From: Candidatus Oxydemutatoraceae bacterium
GTDB taxonomy: Bacteria; Pseudomonadota; Gammaproteobacteria; Poriferisulfidales; Oxydemutatoraceae
Reading direction: 5' to 3'
NCBI GenBank assembly: GCA_965218975.1
Contig: OZ244717.1
Span: 594,347-658,346, forward strand
Length of the DNA stretch: 64,000 bases
Positions 20,646-30,613 of the stretch are shown piece by piece; the stretch's first letter is position 1; the number at the start of each line of letters is the position of its first letter. The notes below the pieces were generated by a model that worked only from the letters and a program-made list of their open reading frames with translations, was not told the DNA's origin and made no database searches. The position numbers and the translations under genes are program-made.

Positions 20646-21450
20646 AATTCGTCCGTTGACACAACCATTAACCGGTGCCTGTATTCTAGTTACTCGCCCG
20701 CGGGGGCAAAGTGACGCATTGCTGGTAAAACTGCGTTCTGCCGGAGCACAAGTACTGCACTGCCCGGTGATAGAGATTCTTGACCAACATCAGACTCGAG
20801 AAAATTTAGCAAAAGCAACACAGCTATCACGCTACCAAGCAGTTATTTTCATCAGTCGGAATGCCGTTAAGTACGGATTACATTTGATGTATGCCGCCGA
20901 TACTGCCGCTGCTGATCTGCCTCCGGTTGGCGCCATCGGACGCAGTACCGCCGCTTTATTGCAGCAGCATCAAGTCCGGGTCGCAGCATGCCCAAACGTC
21001 CCCGATAGCGCTGCATTGGCGGAAACTCCGGTGATGCGAGGGTTAAATGCCGGAAGTCGCGTGCTAATTTTTCGTGGGAAAGGTGGTAGAGAAACACTTG
21101 CTAAGATATTTGCCGCGCGCAGAATTGAAACCGATTATGCGGAAGTGTATCAACGCATCCGACCCACCAATCAAACAGTACCCGTTACAACACCTGCCGG
21201 TAGAAAGATTGATCTGATTATGCTCAGCAGCCGCGATAGCCTACAAAACCTGCATATAATGACACCGCTAAAAGACCGTCGCAAGTTACTCGAAACACCG
21301 CTGCTGCTTGGCAGTCCAACAATGCTTGATCTGGTTGATAAACTGGGTTTTCAGTCTCCTCCCATTATTGCACCTAGCCCTCTTGACGACGATATGCTGG
21401 CCCAAGCAATTGATTGGTGGCAACACCAAAATTCATTGTCCGCACAATGA
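20605..21450 (+). CDS. hemD: Uroporphyrinogen-III synthase
   Basis: HemD-like ORF directly after hemC. ATG at 20605 would overlap hemC by 41 nt; an in-frame TTG at 20656 after the hemC stop is an alternative start. Confidence 0.75.
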   Translation: MPTGYLQRAVIKHKIRPLTQPLTGACILVTRPRGQSDALLVKLRSAGAQVLHCPVIEILDQHQTRENLAKATQLSRYQAVIFISRNAVKYGLHLMYAADTAAADLPPVGAIGRSTAALLQQHQVRVAACPNVPDSAALAETPVMRGLNAGSRVLIFRGKGGRETLAKIFAARRIETDYAEVYQRIRPTNQTVPVTTPAGRKIDLIMLSSRDSLQNLHIMTPLKDRRKLLETPLLLGSPTMLDLVDKLGFQSPPIIAPSPLDDDMLAQAIDWWQHQNSLSAQ

Positions 21451-21539
21451 TAAGAAAATAAAAATTGCGTAAGCAACGCATGTAAATAAGCCGCGAATGC
21501 ATCATTTTGTTATGATACGGATAAACACAAGGAGCGATT

Positions 21540-22169
21540 TTGATTCTAAAACTTGAACTGGCAATTTTGCTCATCGGCGGACTAATAATTGTCGGCTTGA
21601 TAACAATTGATTCGCCGGACTGGCATATATTCGGCGTGAACATCGCAGTGCTTGGCGCCATTCTGATATTTATCATCAAGGTTTTGTATTGGGTAGGGCA
21701 AATCAGCCGACTGCCGGCAAAGCCTTTGCACCATTGGCAAAGACGTAAAGACGCACAAGCGCACGCGGCGTTTCACCGTGGGATTGCACTCTTTCTTGAC
21801 AACCAGTCTAAATCGGCGCGAACCGCACTGCGCACATCTGCCGATCATCCGGCTTATTCCCGTTCGGCAAACCTATTGATTGCAAAGTGCGCGCTTGATG
21901 AAAAGCGATTTCGTGCCGCGCATGAAGCGTTAGAAAAAGCCCGGGAAGCCGGCGCTGAAACATTGACAACTGATTTACTCGAGGCGCAAGCGCATGGCGA
22001 TGAAGGGCAACATCAGCGAGCACGGGCGTGTTTGAAGAGGCTGCGTTTGGCGCACCCGCACCATCCGAAAGTAACGGCATTATATAAAAAATATTTCGAT
22101 TCAATCGTTGCGACATCATCCTCGATGACGTTCGGTAATGCAACGAATCATACTAAATTGGGAACATGA
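21540..22169 (+). CDS. HemY N-terminal-domain-like membrane/TPR protein (short, possibly truncated); no hemX present
   Basis: Two N-terminal TM helices then TPR-like helices, matching HemY_N architecture, but only 209 aa (HemY ~400 aa). Confidence 0.45.
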   Translation: MILKLELAILLIGGLIIVGLITIDSPDWHIFGVNIAVLGAILIFIIKVLYWVGQISRLPAKPLHHWQRRKDAQAHAAFHRGIALFLDNQSKSARTALRTSADHPAYSRSANLLIAKCALDEKRFRAAHEALEKAREAGAETLTTDLLEAQAHGDEGQHQRARACLKRLRLAHPHHPKVTALYKKYFDSIVATSSSMTFGNATNHTKLGT

Positions 22170-22343
22170 ACAAACCGACGTCCTAGCTAAGCACACCGAA
22201 ACATAACACATGCCTTTCTGCGCATTAAGATTTTCACGCGCGAACCTGTTTGCAATAAAAAATGAGATTGCTTGTGGAAATTCTGTTGCAGCTAATAAAT
22301 ATAGTTTAATTGACTTATAATCCGATTTTCTCGGAGACAAATA

Positions 22344-22826
22344 TTGTTTGTAATTTTTGCTGTGATCCTATTGGGTGTTTGGCTGCAGCTGTCAGGACAC
22401 TACGACACCTTTACTATATTGCTCGGCATGATAAGTATTGCTACGGTTATTTTTTTGGCGAAACGCATGGGCTTATTGAAGCAAGGACAGCATACATTGC
22501 ATTTTTATAGCCACCTCCCCGCTTACGGTATCTGGCTATTGCCGCGTATTATCGTGGCAAACTTTGATGTGGCGTGGCGCATTTTGCATCCGAAATTGCC
22601 AATCAATCCGGGCTTTATTCGCACGCCGATGACACAAAAAAAAGAGTTGGCAAAACTCACCCACGCAAATTCAATCACTTTGACGCCTGGGACAATTAGC
22701 ACTGACATAGATACGGATAGTATCGAAGTACATGTGCTAACACGTTGCCCGACCGACGAAATATCCTTGCTCGAATTTGACCGGCGCGCATCCATGCTTG
22801 AAGGAGATAAGAAAAGTAATGCTTGA
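22344..22826 (+). CDS. mrpE: Na+/H+ antiporter subunit E (MrpE/MnhE)
   Basis: 160 aa, two N-terminal TM helices and MnhE-like core. Confidence 0.8.
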   Translation: MFVIFAVILLGVWLQLSGHYDTFTILLGMISIATVIFLAKRMGLLKQGQHTLHFYSHLPAYGIWLLPRIIVANFDVAWRILHPKLPINPGFIRTPMTQKKELAKLTHANSITLTPGTISTDIDTDSIEVHVLTRCPTDEISLLEFDRRASMLEGDKKSNA

Positions 22827-23127
22827 ATTCCTTCTCGCCGCATTGGCGATTACCATGACTCTGGCGTTGGTCCGCGCCGCTATAGGTCCTGGTTGGTTTG
22901 ATCGTGTGTTGGCGCTAAATGTGCTCGGCACTTTAACCATTATACTGTTAGTGCTCATCAGCACTTTTACCGAGCTGTACGCGCTGATTGACATCGCGCT
23001 GCTTTATGGGTTGATTAACTTTGTGAGCACCATCGCCATCTTGCGTTTTTTTAACGATCGCCTCTTACCGCTGCCGCGGTTTAAGCTTCATTTGAAGCGA
23101 ATGAAAAAAGAGGAGGCCGATGATTGA
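22819..23127 (+). CDS. mrpF: Antiporter subunit F (MrpF/MnhF)
   Basis: ATG at 22819 overlaps the mrpE stop (ATGCTTGA); ~100-aa 3-TM protein; the track ORF starts 42 nt earlier at 22777. Confidence 0.75.
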   Translation: MLEFLLAALAITMTLALVRAAIGPGWFDRVLALNVLGTLTIILLVLISTFTELYALIDIALLYGLINFVSTIAILRFFNDRLLPLPRFKLHLKRMKKEEADD

Positions 23128-23437
23128 CTTACTGACTACGTCACTCACCTGGATTCTTCTGTTTGTAGGCAGTTTCTTTCTAGTTACCGGCGGCTTTGGC
23201 TTGCTCCGAATGCCCGACTTTTTTACTCGGATACACGCAGCGGGGCTGATCGATACACTCGGTGCGATACTTGTCCTAAGCGGGTTAATGTTTTATATAG
23301 GATGGGAGAAAGAGCTCTTTAAAATTATCTTGATTATCATTTTATTGTTGGTAACAGGTCCGGCGACCATGCACGCGATGTGCAAAACCATCCGCGATCA
23401 AGAGAAAAGATATAACCAAGAAAAGCTGTCGGATTGA
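23120..23437 (+). CDS. mrpG: Antiporter subunit G (MrpG/MnhG)
   Basis: 105-aa 3-TM protein, start overlaps the mrpF stop. Confidence 0.75.
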   Translation: MIDLLTTSLTWILLFVGSFFLVTGGFGLLRMPDFFTRIHAAGLIDTLGAILVLSGLMFYIGWEKELFKIILIIILLLVTGPATMHAMCKTIRDQEKRYNQEKLSD

Positions 23438-23955
23438 TGGAACTACAACTTGAATTGCTGCTACTGGCAATGCTTGCTGCAACCGCTGTATTGGTCGCCT
23501 TGAGCACCAATCTGTTTGTTGCAACAATGTTGGCAGGCATTTTTAGCTTGCTGATTGCGCTGTTATTTGCAATCTTAGACGCCCCTGATGTTGCCTTTAC
23601 CGAAGCCGCTGTAGGCGCCGGCGCTTCAACACTTTTATTTCTCGCAACACTGTCAAATACCGGACATTTCCATTCATACCGCAAACAGAGACATTTACCG
23701 GCAATCATTCTTGCGCTGACACTCGGGGCGCTGTTTATTTATTCAACCGTCGGATTGCCGCCGTATGCCGATCCGTCGGCTCCCGCCCACCAGCATTTGG
23801 CACAGTATTTTTTAACTTGGACACCGGCGGAAATTGGCGTATCAAATGTCGTTACCGCAGTGCTTGCCAGCTATCGCGGCTTTGATACGCTCGGTGAACT
23901 ATTTATTATCTTCACTGCCGGTATCGCCACAATCGGTGTTTTTAGCGCACGATGA
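23434..23955 (+). CDS. MrpA-C-terminal-like / MnhB-related DUF4040 membrane protein
   Basis: 173-aa polytopic protein placed before mrpB, as MbhD is in Mbh-type clusters. Confidence 0.6.
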   Translation: MMELQLELLLLAMLAATAVLVALSTNLFVATMLAGIFSLLIALLFAILDAPDVAFTEAAVGAGASTLLFLATLSNTGHFHSYRKQRHLPAIILALTLGALFIYSTVGLPPYADPSAPAHQHLAQYFLTWTPAEIGVSNVVTAVLASYRGFDTLGELFIIFTAGIATIGVFSAR

Positions 23956-23965
23956 AAAGACTAAT

Positions 23966-24388
23966 ATGATTATTCAAAAAAACCCTGTCCTGCGTGAAAC
24001 CGCACATGCGCTTATCCCTCTGATCTTACTGTATGCGTTTTATGTGCAGTTTCATGGTCACTTCGGACCGGGCGGCGGATTTCAGGCAGGTGTAATCTTT
24101 TCTGTCGGGTTGATCATTTACAAATTGATTTATGGTTTCGACCACACTCATTCAATTGTCACTCCGCGCATTGCCGAAATTCTTGCCTGCGCAGGCGTTT
24201 TGTTATATTGCGGTGTTGGTTTTATCACCATGTTGCTGGGCGGAAGTTTCCTAGACTATAACCTGCTTGCCTTCCAACCTTTGCTCGGTCAACACATCGG
24301 TATTTTTCTAGTTGAATTGGGTGTCGGCATCACCATCGTCGGTACTATTGTCGGTGTATTTCTTCTTGTTACCGAAACGCAATCATGA
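23966..24388 (+). CDS. mrpB: Antiporter subunit B (MrpB/MnhB)
   Basis: GHFGPGGGFQAG motif; ATG at 23966 follows the upstream stop (23953-23955); the track ORF 23834 start would overlap by 122 nt. Confidence 0.75.
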   Translation: MIIQKNPVLRETAHALIPLILLYAFYVQFHGHFGPGGGFQAGVIFSVGLIIYKLIYGFDHTHSIVTPRIAEILACAGVLLYCGVGFITMLLGGSFLDYNLLAFQPLLGQHIGIFLVELGVGITIVGTIVGVFLLVTETQS

Positions 24389-24735
24389 GTATGCATGAAT
24401 GGTTTGAGAGTTACTACAGTTATTGGCTAACCATGCTACTGATGGTGATCGGTTTGTATATTGTGATTGCGTACGGCAATTTGGCAAAAAAATTGATCGG
24501 GTTGAATTTATTTCAAGGATCCGTCTTCGTTTTATTTATATTACTCGGCAAAATTGACAACGGCAGCGCGCCGATTCTAACCGAAACAGCCGAAGCGTAC
24601 GCCAACCCTCTACCGCATGTGTTGATACTGACCGCTATTGTCGTCGCTATTTCATCAACTGCTTTGGGTCTGGCATTGATCATCCGCATTCATCGCGCAT
24701 GGCACACTTTAGAGGAGAAAGACTTAGGTCGTTAA
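24385..24735 (+). CDS. mrpC: Antiporter subunit C (MrpC/MnhC, NuoK-like)
   Basis: 116-aa 3-TM NuoK-like protein. Confidence 0.8.
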   Translation: MSMHEWFESYYSYWLTMLLMVIGLYIVIAYGNLAKKLIGLNLFQGSVFVLFILLGKIDNGSAPILTETAEAYANPLPHVLILTAIVVAISSTALGLALIIRIHRAWHTLEEKDLGR

Positions 24736-24746
24736 TCGTACTGCCT

Positions 24747-26219
24747 ATGTTTGCTTATCTTCCGATACTGATCGTTGCTGTGCCGCTGTTTGCCGCACCG
24801 CTTTGTATATTGGCTCGTCGCACTGTTCTCGCCTGGATACTGGCGGTCGGTTGTGCAATCTTTACGCTGACCGCAGCCACGCAGATGCTAGCCGTCAGTT
24901 TGGATGGCACGGTTCTAATTCATCACTTAGGCGGCTGGGAGCCTCCGTGGGGAATTGCTTATCGGGTTGCCACGAGCAACGCATTCATTGCATTGCTAAT
25001 CGCATTCGTATTTAGCATCGTTCTGCTCTATGCAAAATGCAGTGTTTTGCAAGAGTTACGCGGCGGGCGGCCGGATATTTTCTTTGCAATCTGTCTGTTA
25101 TTGCTAAGCGGATTGATGGGCGTGGTAATATCGCATGATTTATTTAACATTTTCATTTTTCTTGAAATCGCCTCGTTATCGGGATATGCCTTAGTTGCAT
25201 TTAAACCCGGCGGGCGCGCACCGCTTGCAGCATTTCGCTATCTGGTGATCGGCACCCTTGGGGCAACATTGTTTTTAATCGGAATCGGCTACATCTACGC
25301 TTTGACCGGCACTTTAAATTTAAGCGATATCGCCCAGCGATTAACTGACGTTGCCGAAACCCGCCCGGCATTGGCGGCATTTGCGTTTATCGGGGTCGGG
25401 CTGATGCTGAAAATGGCATTATTTCCACTACACCAATGGTTGCCGGATGTTTATACTCAGGCCCCGGCGACGATATCCGCATTACTTAGTGCTGTTTCGG
25501 CAAAGGTTTCGTTGTATTTATTTATGACGTTATTCTTTCAGGTGTTTCAAATTCATACTTCCGAAGGAGCCGGGCATTTTGATACCATCCTGTTATCACT
25601 TTCGATGGCGGCAATTCTATTCGGCGCAATCGCCGCAATCGGACAAACCAATGTGAAGCGGATGATGGCATACTCAAGCGTGTCACAAATTGGCTATCTA
25701 ACTCTGAGCTTAGGGCTTGCTTCGATTGCCGGAATGACCGCATCTTTAATTCACATGTTCAATCATGCTTTCATCAAAGGCGGGTTATTTCTTGCGTTGG
25801 GAGGAGTCATTTATCGTTGTGGCAATGCGGACTTGTCCTCGTTTGCCGGGTTAGGCAAACGAATGCCGTATACTGCGGCGGCAATTGTCGTCGGTGGCCT
25901 GAGCCTGATCGGTATTCCTTTGACAAACGGCTTTATTAGCAAATGGTTTTTAATCAGCGCACTATGGGAACAAGGCTTTTGGTTTTTTATCGCGCTAGTA
26001 TTGCTTGGTTCTCTGCTAAGCGTCGTCTATGTTTGGCAGGTAATCGAACAAATGTACGCCCGCCCGCCCGCTGATAGGGCAAGCGATACAATTGAAGCGC
26101 CGTTTATATTGCTCGGCCCCATCTGGGTTTTCGCCGGACTCAATGTGTATCTTGGAATACATGCGAGCGGCTTGGTGCAAGTTGCTCAAATCTCCGCCCG
26201 AATACTGTTGAAGCAATAG
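24747..26219 (+). CDS. mrpD: Antiporter subunit D-like proton-conducting membrane transporter (NuoM/N-like)
   Basis: ~490 aa, 14-TM antiporter-like subunit; ATG 24747 chosen after the mrpC stop (track ORF starts at 24699). Confidence 0.75.
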   Translation: MFAYLPILIVAVPLFAAPLCILARRTVLAWILAVGCAIFTLTAATQMLAVSLDGTVLIHHLGGWEPPWGIAYRVATSNAFIALLIAFVFSIVLLYAKCSVLQELRGGRPDIFFAICLLLLSGLMGVVISHDLFNIFIFLEIASLSGYALVAFKPGGRAPLAAFRYLVIGTLGATLFLIGIGYIYALTGTLNLSDIAQRLTDVAETRPALAAFAFIGVGLMLKMALFPLHQWLPDVYTQAPATISALLSAVSAKVSLYLFMTLFFQVFQIHTSEGAGHFDTILLSLSMAAILFGAIAAIGQTNVKRMMAYSSVSQIGYLTLSLGLASIAGMTASLIHMFNHAFIKGGLFLALGGVIYRCGNADLSSFAGLGKRMPYTAAAIVVGGLSLIGIPLTNGFISKWFLISALWEQGFWFFIALVLLGSLLSVVYVWQVIEQMYARPPADRASDTIEAPFILLGPIWVFAGLNVYLGIHASGLVQVAQISARILLKQ

Positions 26220-26226
26220 TATAGCG

Positions 26227-27663
26227 ATGAGCACTCTCCAGAATCTATTATTATGGACAATTGCGTTGCCATTTATCGGGGCTTTGTCAATTGCATTTGC
26301 CGGACGCCGTCGTGATGTACCGGCGCTGACGATTCCTTTTGCCACACTGATTCTCCTTCTTTTGCTGGCGTATTCGTTTATGCAGGTATCTACCGAGCAA
26401 ACAGTCGGTTTTGTACTTGGCGAACTGGCGCCGGGTTTGCCAATCAGCTTTGCGATTGAACCCCTCGGCATGATTTTTGCCTGCGTCGTCGGTATTTTGT
26501 GGACGGTTAGTATGCTGTATTCGCTTGATTACCTATATGCAAATGGCCTGCAAAGCAAAACCCGATTTTGTGTTTGTTTTTTTCTCGCCATCGGCAGTAC
26601 TTTAGGAATCGCATTTGCCGGTGATTTGTTAACACTGCTAATTTTTTACGAACTGCTGACTTTGGTGACATATCCTTTGGTAACACATAGTGGAAGCGAT
26701 GCGGCCAAACGTGCCGGGCGGATTTATCTTGCCTTCTTGCTTGGTTCTTCATTTTTGTTGTTCTTGCCGGGCATTGTCTGGCTCTGGCTAAATTACGGCA
26801 CTTTAACATTTACTTCCGGGGGGATTGTTGGCGCGCAACCGCCGCATGCGATATGGTTATTGATACTTGCTTTTGGCGTTGGCAAAGCGGCATTGATGCC
26901 ATTTCACCGCTGGTTACCCGAAGCGATGGTCGCACCGGCGCCGGTAAGCGCACTCCTGCATGCTGTTGCCGTTGTTAAAGCCGGTGTGTTTACAATCGCA
27001 AAAATTGTTATTTATATCTTCGGGCCGGATTTTCTAGCGGCAAACGGCGGAAACTGGTTAGTTTATATTGCCGGCATTAGTATCTTAATCGCATCGTTGC
27101 TCGCACTGCATCAAGACAGCTTAAAGAAACGGCTTGCTTATTCAACCGTCAGTCAACTGTCCTACATTACGATGGGCGCAGCGCTGCTAAATCCGGCGGT
27201 CAGCGGAGCAGTTTTTCATTTGGCAGCGCACGCTTTTGCAAAGATCACGCTGTTTTTTGTTGCCGGAGCTATTCAAACCGTGACCGGGAAAGAAAAGATC
27301 AGCGAGCTTCGCGGCATCGGACAGGCAATGCCGTGGACAATGACATGCTTTACGATAGCCGCTGTCTCTTTAATTGGTTTGCCCCCCACCGCCGGCTTTG
27401 TCAGCAAATGGTACTTACTTGACGGCGCAATTCATTCGGCACATTATTTTGCCATCGGTGTATGGATCGTCAGCACTTTGCTGAACATTGCATATTTCGC
27501 ACCGATCATTTGTCGCGCATTTACCCCCGACTCACAAATCAACCCCTATGATTCACGCGAGGCGCCGTTCGGAATGTTGATTGCAATGCTTCTAACCACA
27601 TTGGCTGTTTTATTGTTATTCCTTTTCCCCGAATGGGTACTGAATCCGGCGCGGAAGATTTGA
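26227..27663 (+). CDS. Second MrpD/NuoM-like antiporter subunit
   Basis: 478-aa polytopic protein with the conserved WLPEAM...APVSALLHA and TVSQLSYI blocks of NuoL/M/N-MrpA/D. Confidence 0.75.
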   Translation: MSTLQNLLLWTIALPFIGALSIAFAGRRRDVPALTIPFATLILLLLLAYSFMQVSTEQTVGFVLGELAPGLPISFAIEPLGMIFACVVGILWTVSMLYSLDYLYANGLQSKTRFCVCFFLAIGSTLGIAFAGDLLTLLIFYELLTLVTYPLVTHSGSDAAKRAGRIYLAFLLGSSFLLFLPGIVWLWLNYGTLTFTSGGIVGAQPPHAIWLLILAFGVGKAALMPFHRWLPEAMVAPAPVSALLHAVAVVKAGVFTIAKIVIYIFGPDFLAANGGNWLVYIAGISILIASLLALHQDSLKKRLAYSTVSQLSYITMGAALLNPAVSGAVFHLAAHAFAKITLFFVAGAIQTVTGKEKISELRGIGQAMPWTMTCFTIAAVSLIGLPPTAGFVSKWYLLDGAIHSAHYFAIGVWIVSTLLNIAYFAPIICRAFTPDSQINPYDSREAPFGMLIAMLLTTLAVLLLFLFPEWVLNPARKI

Positions 27664-27896
27664 TGCGGAAAATACATTTTGGGGTCTATTTGGCAATAAT
27701 GCTATTTGCCTCAGTGTTGGCAGAAACCTTGATTGTACGTAAAGAGTATTTTGCTTCGGACAGCCTTGGCTTTTTTGCTTGGTACGGATTTTTAAGTTCT
27801 CTGGGATTAATTGGTGTGACAAAGCTCTTCGCATCATTGATTAAACGCGATGACAGCTACTACTTGAATCGGGAACGAGATGCCGATAATGATTGA
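27663..27896 (+). CDS. Small 2-TM membrane protein inside the mrp operon
   Basis: ATG overlaps the upstream stop (TGATG at 27661-27665); ~77 aa; hydrophobic. Confidence 0.4.
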   Translation: MRKIHFGVYLAIMLFASVLAETLIVRKEYFASDSLGFFAWYGFLSSLGLIGVTKLFASLIKRDDSYYLNRERDADND

Positions 27897-29568
27897 AACT
27901 GCCTTCAATCCCGGATGGCTGCCGATTGCCGTAGCGTTCTTGATCCCAATATTGAGTAGACCCGCACGTGGTCTAGTGTTGCTGGTTACACCGCTTATAG
28001 TCTTAGCACTCGTTTGGTTAACTGTTACCGCACCCTCCGGCAGCGGGTTTCTCAAGCTAACGCCGCATGCGTCTGTGGCACACGCTTTCGGGCATTTCTT
28101 TGCGATCGTTTTCGCCATCGCATTATTTGCCGGAAATCTGTTTGCTTTGAAGCAAGCAAACACGCTGGAATTAAGCGCTGCGTCTTTTTATGCCGGCAGT
28201 GCTATTTATGCTGTGCTATGTAACGACCTTTTGTCATTCGTCATTTTTTGGGAATTGATGATGTTGGGGTCGGCCGGGATTATTTTTGCGGCGGGAACCT
28301 CAACGGCTCGACAAGCGGGTATTCGTTATTTATTAGTCCACGGTTTATCCGGTGTGCTGTTGTTGATAGGGGTGCTGGGGGTCATCGGTCACACCGATGA
28401 TGCGGCTTTGCGCACTTTGTCATTGGAACATTGGTATCACTGGTTGATTTTGTTTGGCTTATTAATCAATGCAGGCGCACCGCCATTGTCCGCATGGGTG
28501 AGCGATGCCTATCCCGAAGCGAGTCCTAGCGGCAGCGTTTACTTATCAGCTTTTACAACCAAAACCGCAGTGTTCGGACTGCTGATCTTATTCCCCGGCG
28601 AGGCGGTCTTGATTCCTGTCGGATTGTATATGGTTTTCTACGGCATCATTTATGCGCTAGGTGAAAACGACATGCGGCGGATTCTTTCTTACAGCATCGT
28701 TAATCAAGTCGGCTTCATGATAGCCGGCATCGGTATCGGTACGACATTAGCGTTAAACGGCGCGGCGATGCATGCTTTTACACACATTATTTATAAAGCG
28801 CTGTTGATGATGTCTGCCGGTAGTGTTTTGTTGATGACCCAGCAACGAAAGTGCACGCAACTCGGCGGACTTTATCACAGTATGCGGCTGACAACCGTTT
28901 GCGGCATCATCGGGGCATTGGCAATTTCCGCTTTCCCGCTCACTTCCGGTTTCGTATCAAAACCTATGATAGGGCAAGCAGCGCTAGATCAACACCTGCT
29001 GTGGTTATGGTTGGCGCTGACCGCCGGTTCTGCCGGTGTGTTTCTTCATGCCGGAATTAAATTCCCATGGTTCGTATTTTTTCAGAAAGATTCCGGGCTG
29101 AGACCAAAGGACCCGCCGACTAATATGTGTAGTGCGATGGTTTTATCTGCACTGCTATGTATATTTCTAGGTGTTTTCCCAACGGTTTTATATAGTATCC
29201 AACCCTTAGCAGTTGCATACGTTCCATACACCGCCGAGCACCTAGTTACAAAATTTCAATTGCTGCTGTTTGCTGGGACGGCATTCTTTATTTGTTTACC
29301 ATGGCTAAAACGCGAGCAGGTCATTAGTTTGGATACCGACTGGTTATACCGCAGAGCTTTGCCGGTCGTCGCGCGGCAGATCAGTTTATGGCTTGTAATC
29401 GGTTCAAAAATATTAGATAAACCCGGCTGTCAAATCGTGCAACAGACACTGCAGCAAATCCGGAAATATCAAACAAGTGATCCGTTACTTGCTCAAAACG
29501 CCCAATCTGCCGTCATGGTCATTTGGTTAGCGACGTTACTTGCGCTGGTGCTATTTATTTATTACTAA
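27880..29568 (+). CDS. Third antiporter-like subunit (MrpA/NuoL-like, 562 aa)
   Basis: Large polytopic NuoL/MrpA-family protein (WVSDAYPEA...SAFTTKTAVFG, SIVNQVGFM blocks), last gene of the cluster. Confidence 0.7.
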   Translation: MPIMIETAFNPGWLPIAVAFLIPILSRPARGLVLLVTPLIVLALVWLTVTAPSGSGFLKLTPHASVAHAFGHFFAIVFAIALFAGNLFALKQANTLELSAASFYAGSAIYAVLCNDLLSFVIFWELMMLGSAGIIFAAGTSTARQAGIRYLLVHGLSGVLLLIGVLGVIGHTDDAALRTLSLEHWYHWLILFGLLINAGAPPLSAWVSDAYPEASPSGSVYLSAFTTKTAVFGLLILFPGEAVLIPVGLYMVFYGIIYALGENDMRRILSYSIVNQVGFMIAGIGIGTTLALNGAAMHAFTHIIYKALLMMSAGSVLLMTQQRKCTQLGGLYHSMRLTTVCGIIGALAISAFPLTSGFVSKPMIGQAALDQHLLWLWLALTAGSAGVFLHAGIKFPWFVFFQKDSGLRPKDPPTNMCSAMVLSALLCIFLGVFPTVLYSIQPLAVAYVPYTAEHLVTKFQLLLFAGTAFFICLPWLKREQVISLDTDWLYRRALPVVARQISLWLVIGSKILDKPGCQIVQQTLQQIRKYQTSDPLLAQNAQSAVMVIWLATLLALVLFIYY

Positions 29569-29755
29569 GTATGATTGGCTGAGGCTTTTATTTTTTCTTT
29601 ACTGCCGAAAAAAGCAGCGGGCAAATAAGCGCTCCGCGCATAGGCAAATTTCAGTTTGAACCTGCAATATCCCGTGAATAGAAGTAATAAATAGTCGATA
29701 GGCTCTATTTAGTTTCGTAAATCCACGTTATATGGTGAGAAAAGCGAGTATAAAT

Positions 29756-30613
29756 TTACCTTCCCGGAAAATTTCCAATGGCGATAGAAGAACGCCAAAG
29801 TCCGAATAAAAGGATGCTGATCCAAACAGTGGCGACCCAACCGCCCAAGACATCGGTACCGAGCCACGCGGATGCCGAATCGCCCGGAGACGTGAGATAC
29901 TGAAACAGCTTGAGGCTGAACACCATGGCTGCATGTGCGCCGATGCAAAGTGCCAAACAATTAAAACGCAGCCGCAACATACCGAGGCCGAGACCGACTA
30001 AAAACAACAGACAAAGGCGCGGCATCTGCTCAGCCCACTGAGTAGGCATTTCAAGCACAGCATCAATCAGCAGTACCCATCCTCCGTCCCATTGGCCGTT
30101 CAACATCGGCCCGGGCGCGGGGTTGAGGAAATGTATCCCCGCGTAGAACAGAGCCGAAGCCACCAGCGGCGCCCGGGACCGGGATGTCCGGGACAGTAGC
30201 AGACCACGAAAATATAGTTCCTCCACTGCGGCCACAATCATTGCGCTCGTCAGGTATGTCGCGATTCGGTAGCCTAGTTCGGAATTCCGTTCCCACGGAT
30301 CAACCATCATGCGCGCATCCAGTATCAGCAAAAAAATCCACCAGGGTGTCAACAGTGCAACCGTAACCGCAAAGGTCGATAGTGTTTGCACCAGAAAAGA
30401 TCCGACATTGGTTTGCAGACCGAGGGCACTACGGCTGACCCGCCGGCGTGCCCAGAATGCGAGGACTATTACAGCGGTCAGTAATGCGCCGTATCTGACG
30501 AATTTATGATGCGGAACCGGCGGCAGCCACAACGCGTATATTAAACCCCATAGAAAGGCCCCGCCTGCCAACGCAACGAGAAAGAGCAAAGAGTAAACCC
30601 AAAAATTGCGCAT
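29756..30613 (-). CDS. CPBP-family (CAAX-protease-like) intramembrane metalloprotease
   Basis: Motif 1 EELYFRG, motif 2 FxxxH (ALFYAGIHF), motif 3 HAAMVF within an 8-TM protein. Confidence 0.7.
   Translation of the reverse strand: MRNFWVYSLLFLVALAGGAFLWGLIYALWLPPVPHHKFVRYGALLTAVIVLAFWARRRVSRSALGLQTNVGSFLVQTLSTFAVTVALLTPWWIFLLILDARMMVDPWERNSELGYRIATYLTSAMIVAAVEELYFRGLLLSRTSRSRAPLVASALFYAGIHFLNPAPGPMLNGQWDGGWVLLIDAVLEMPTQWAEQMPRLCLLFLVGLGLGMLRLRFNCLALCIGAHAAMVFSLKLFQYLTSPGDSASAWLGTDVLGGWVATVWISILLFGLWRSSIAIGNFPGR

Noticed and set aside
29569-29755. Possible rho-independent terminator after the mrp cluster
   Set aside because: Only a weak, imperfect stem with a T-run is present. It is not convincing enough to annotate.
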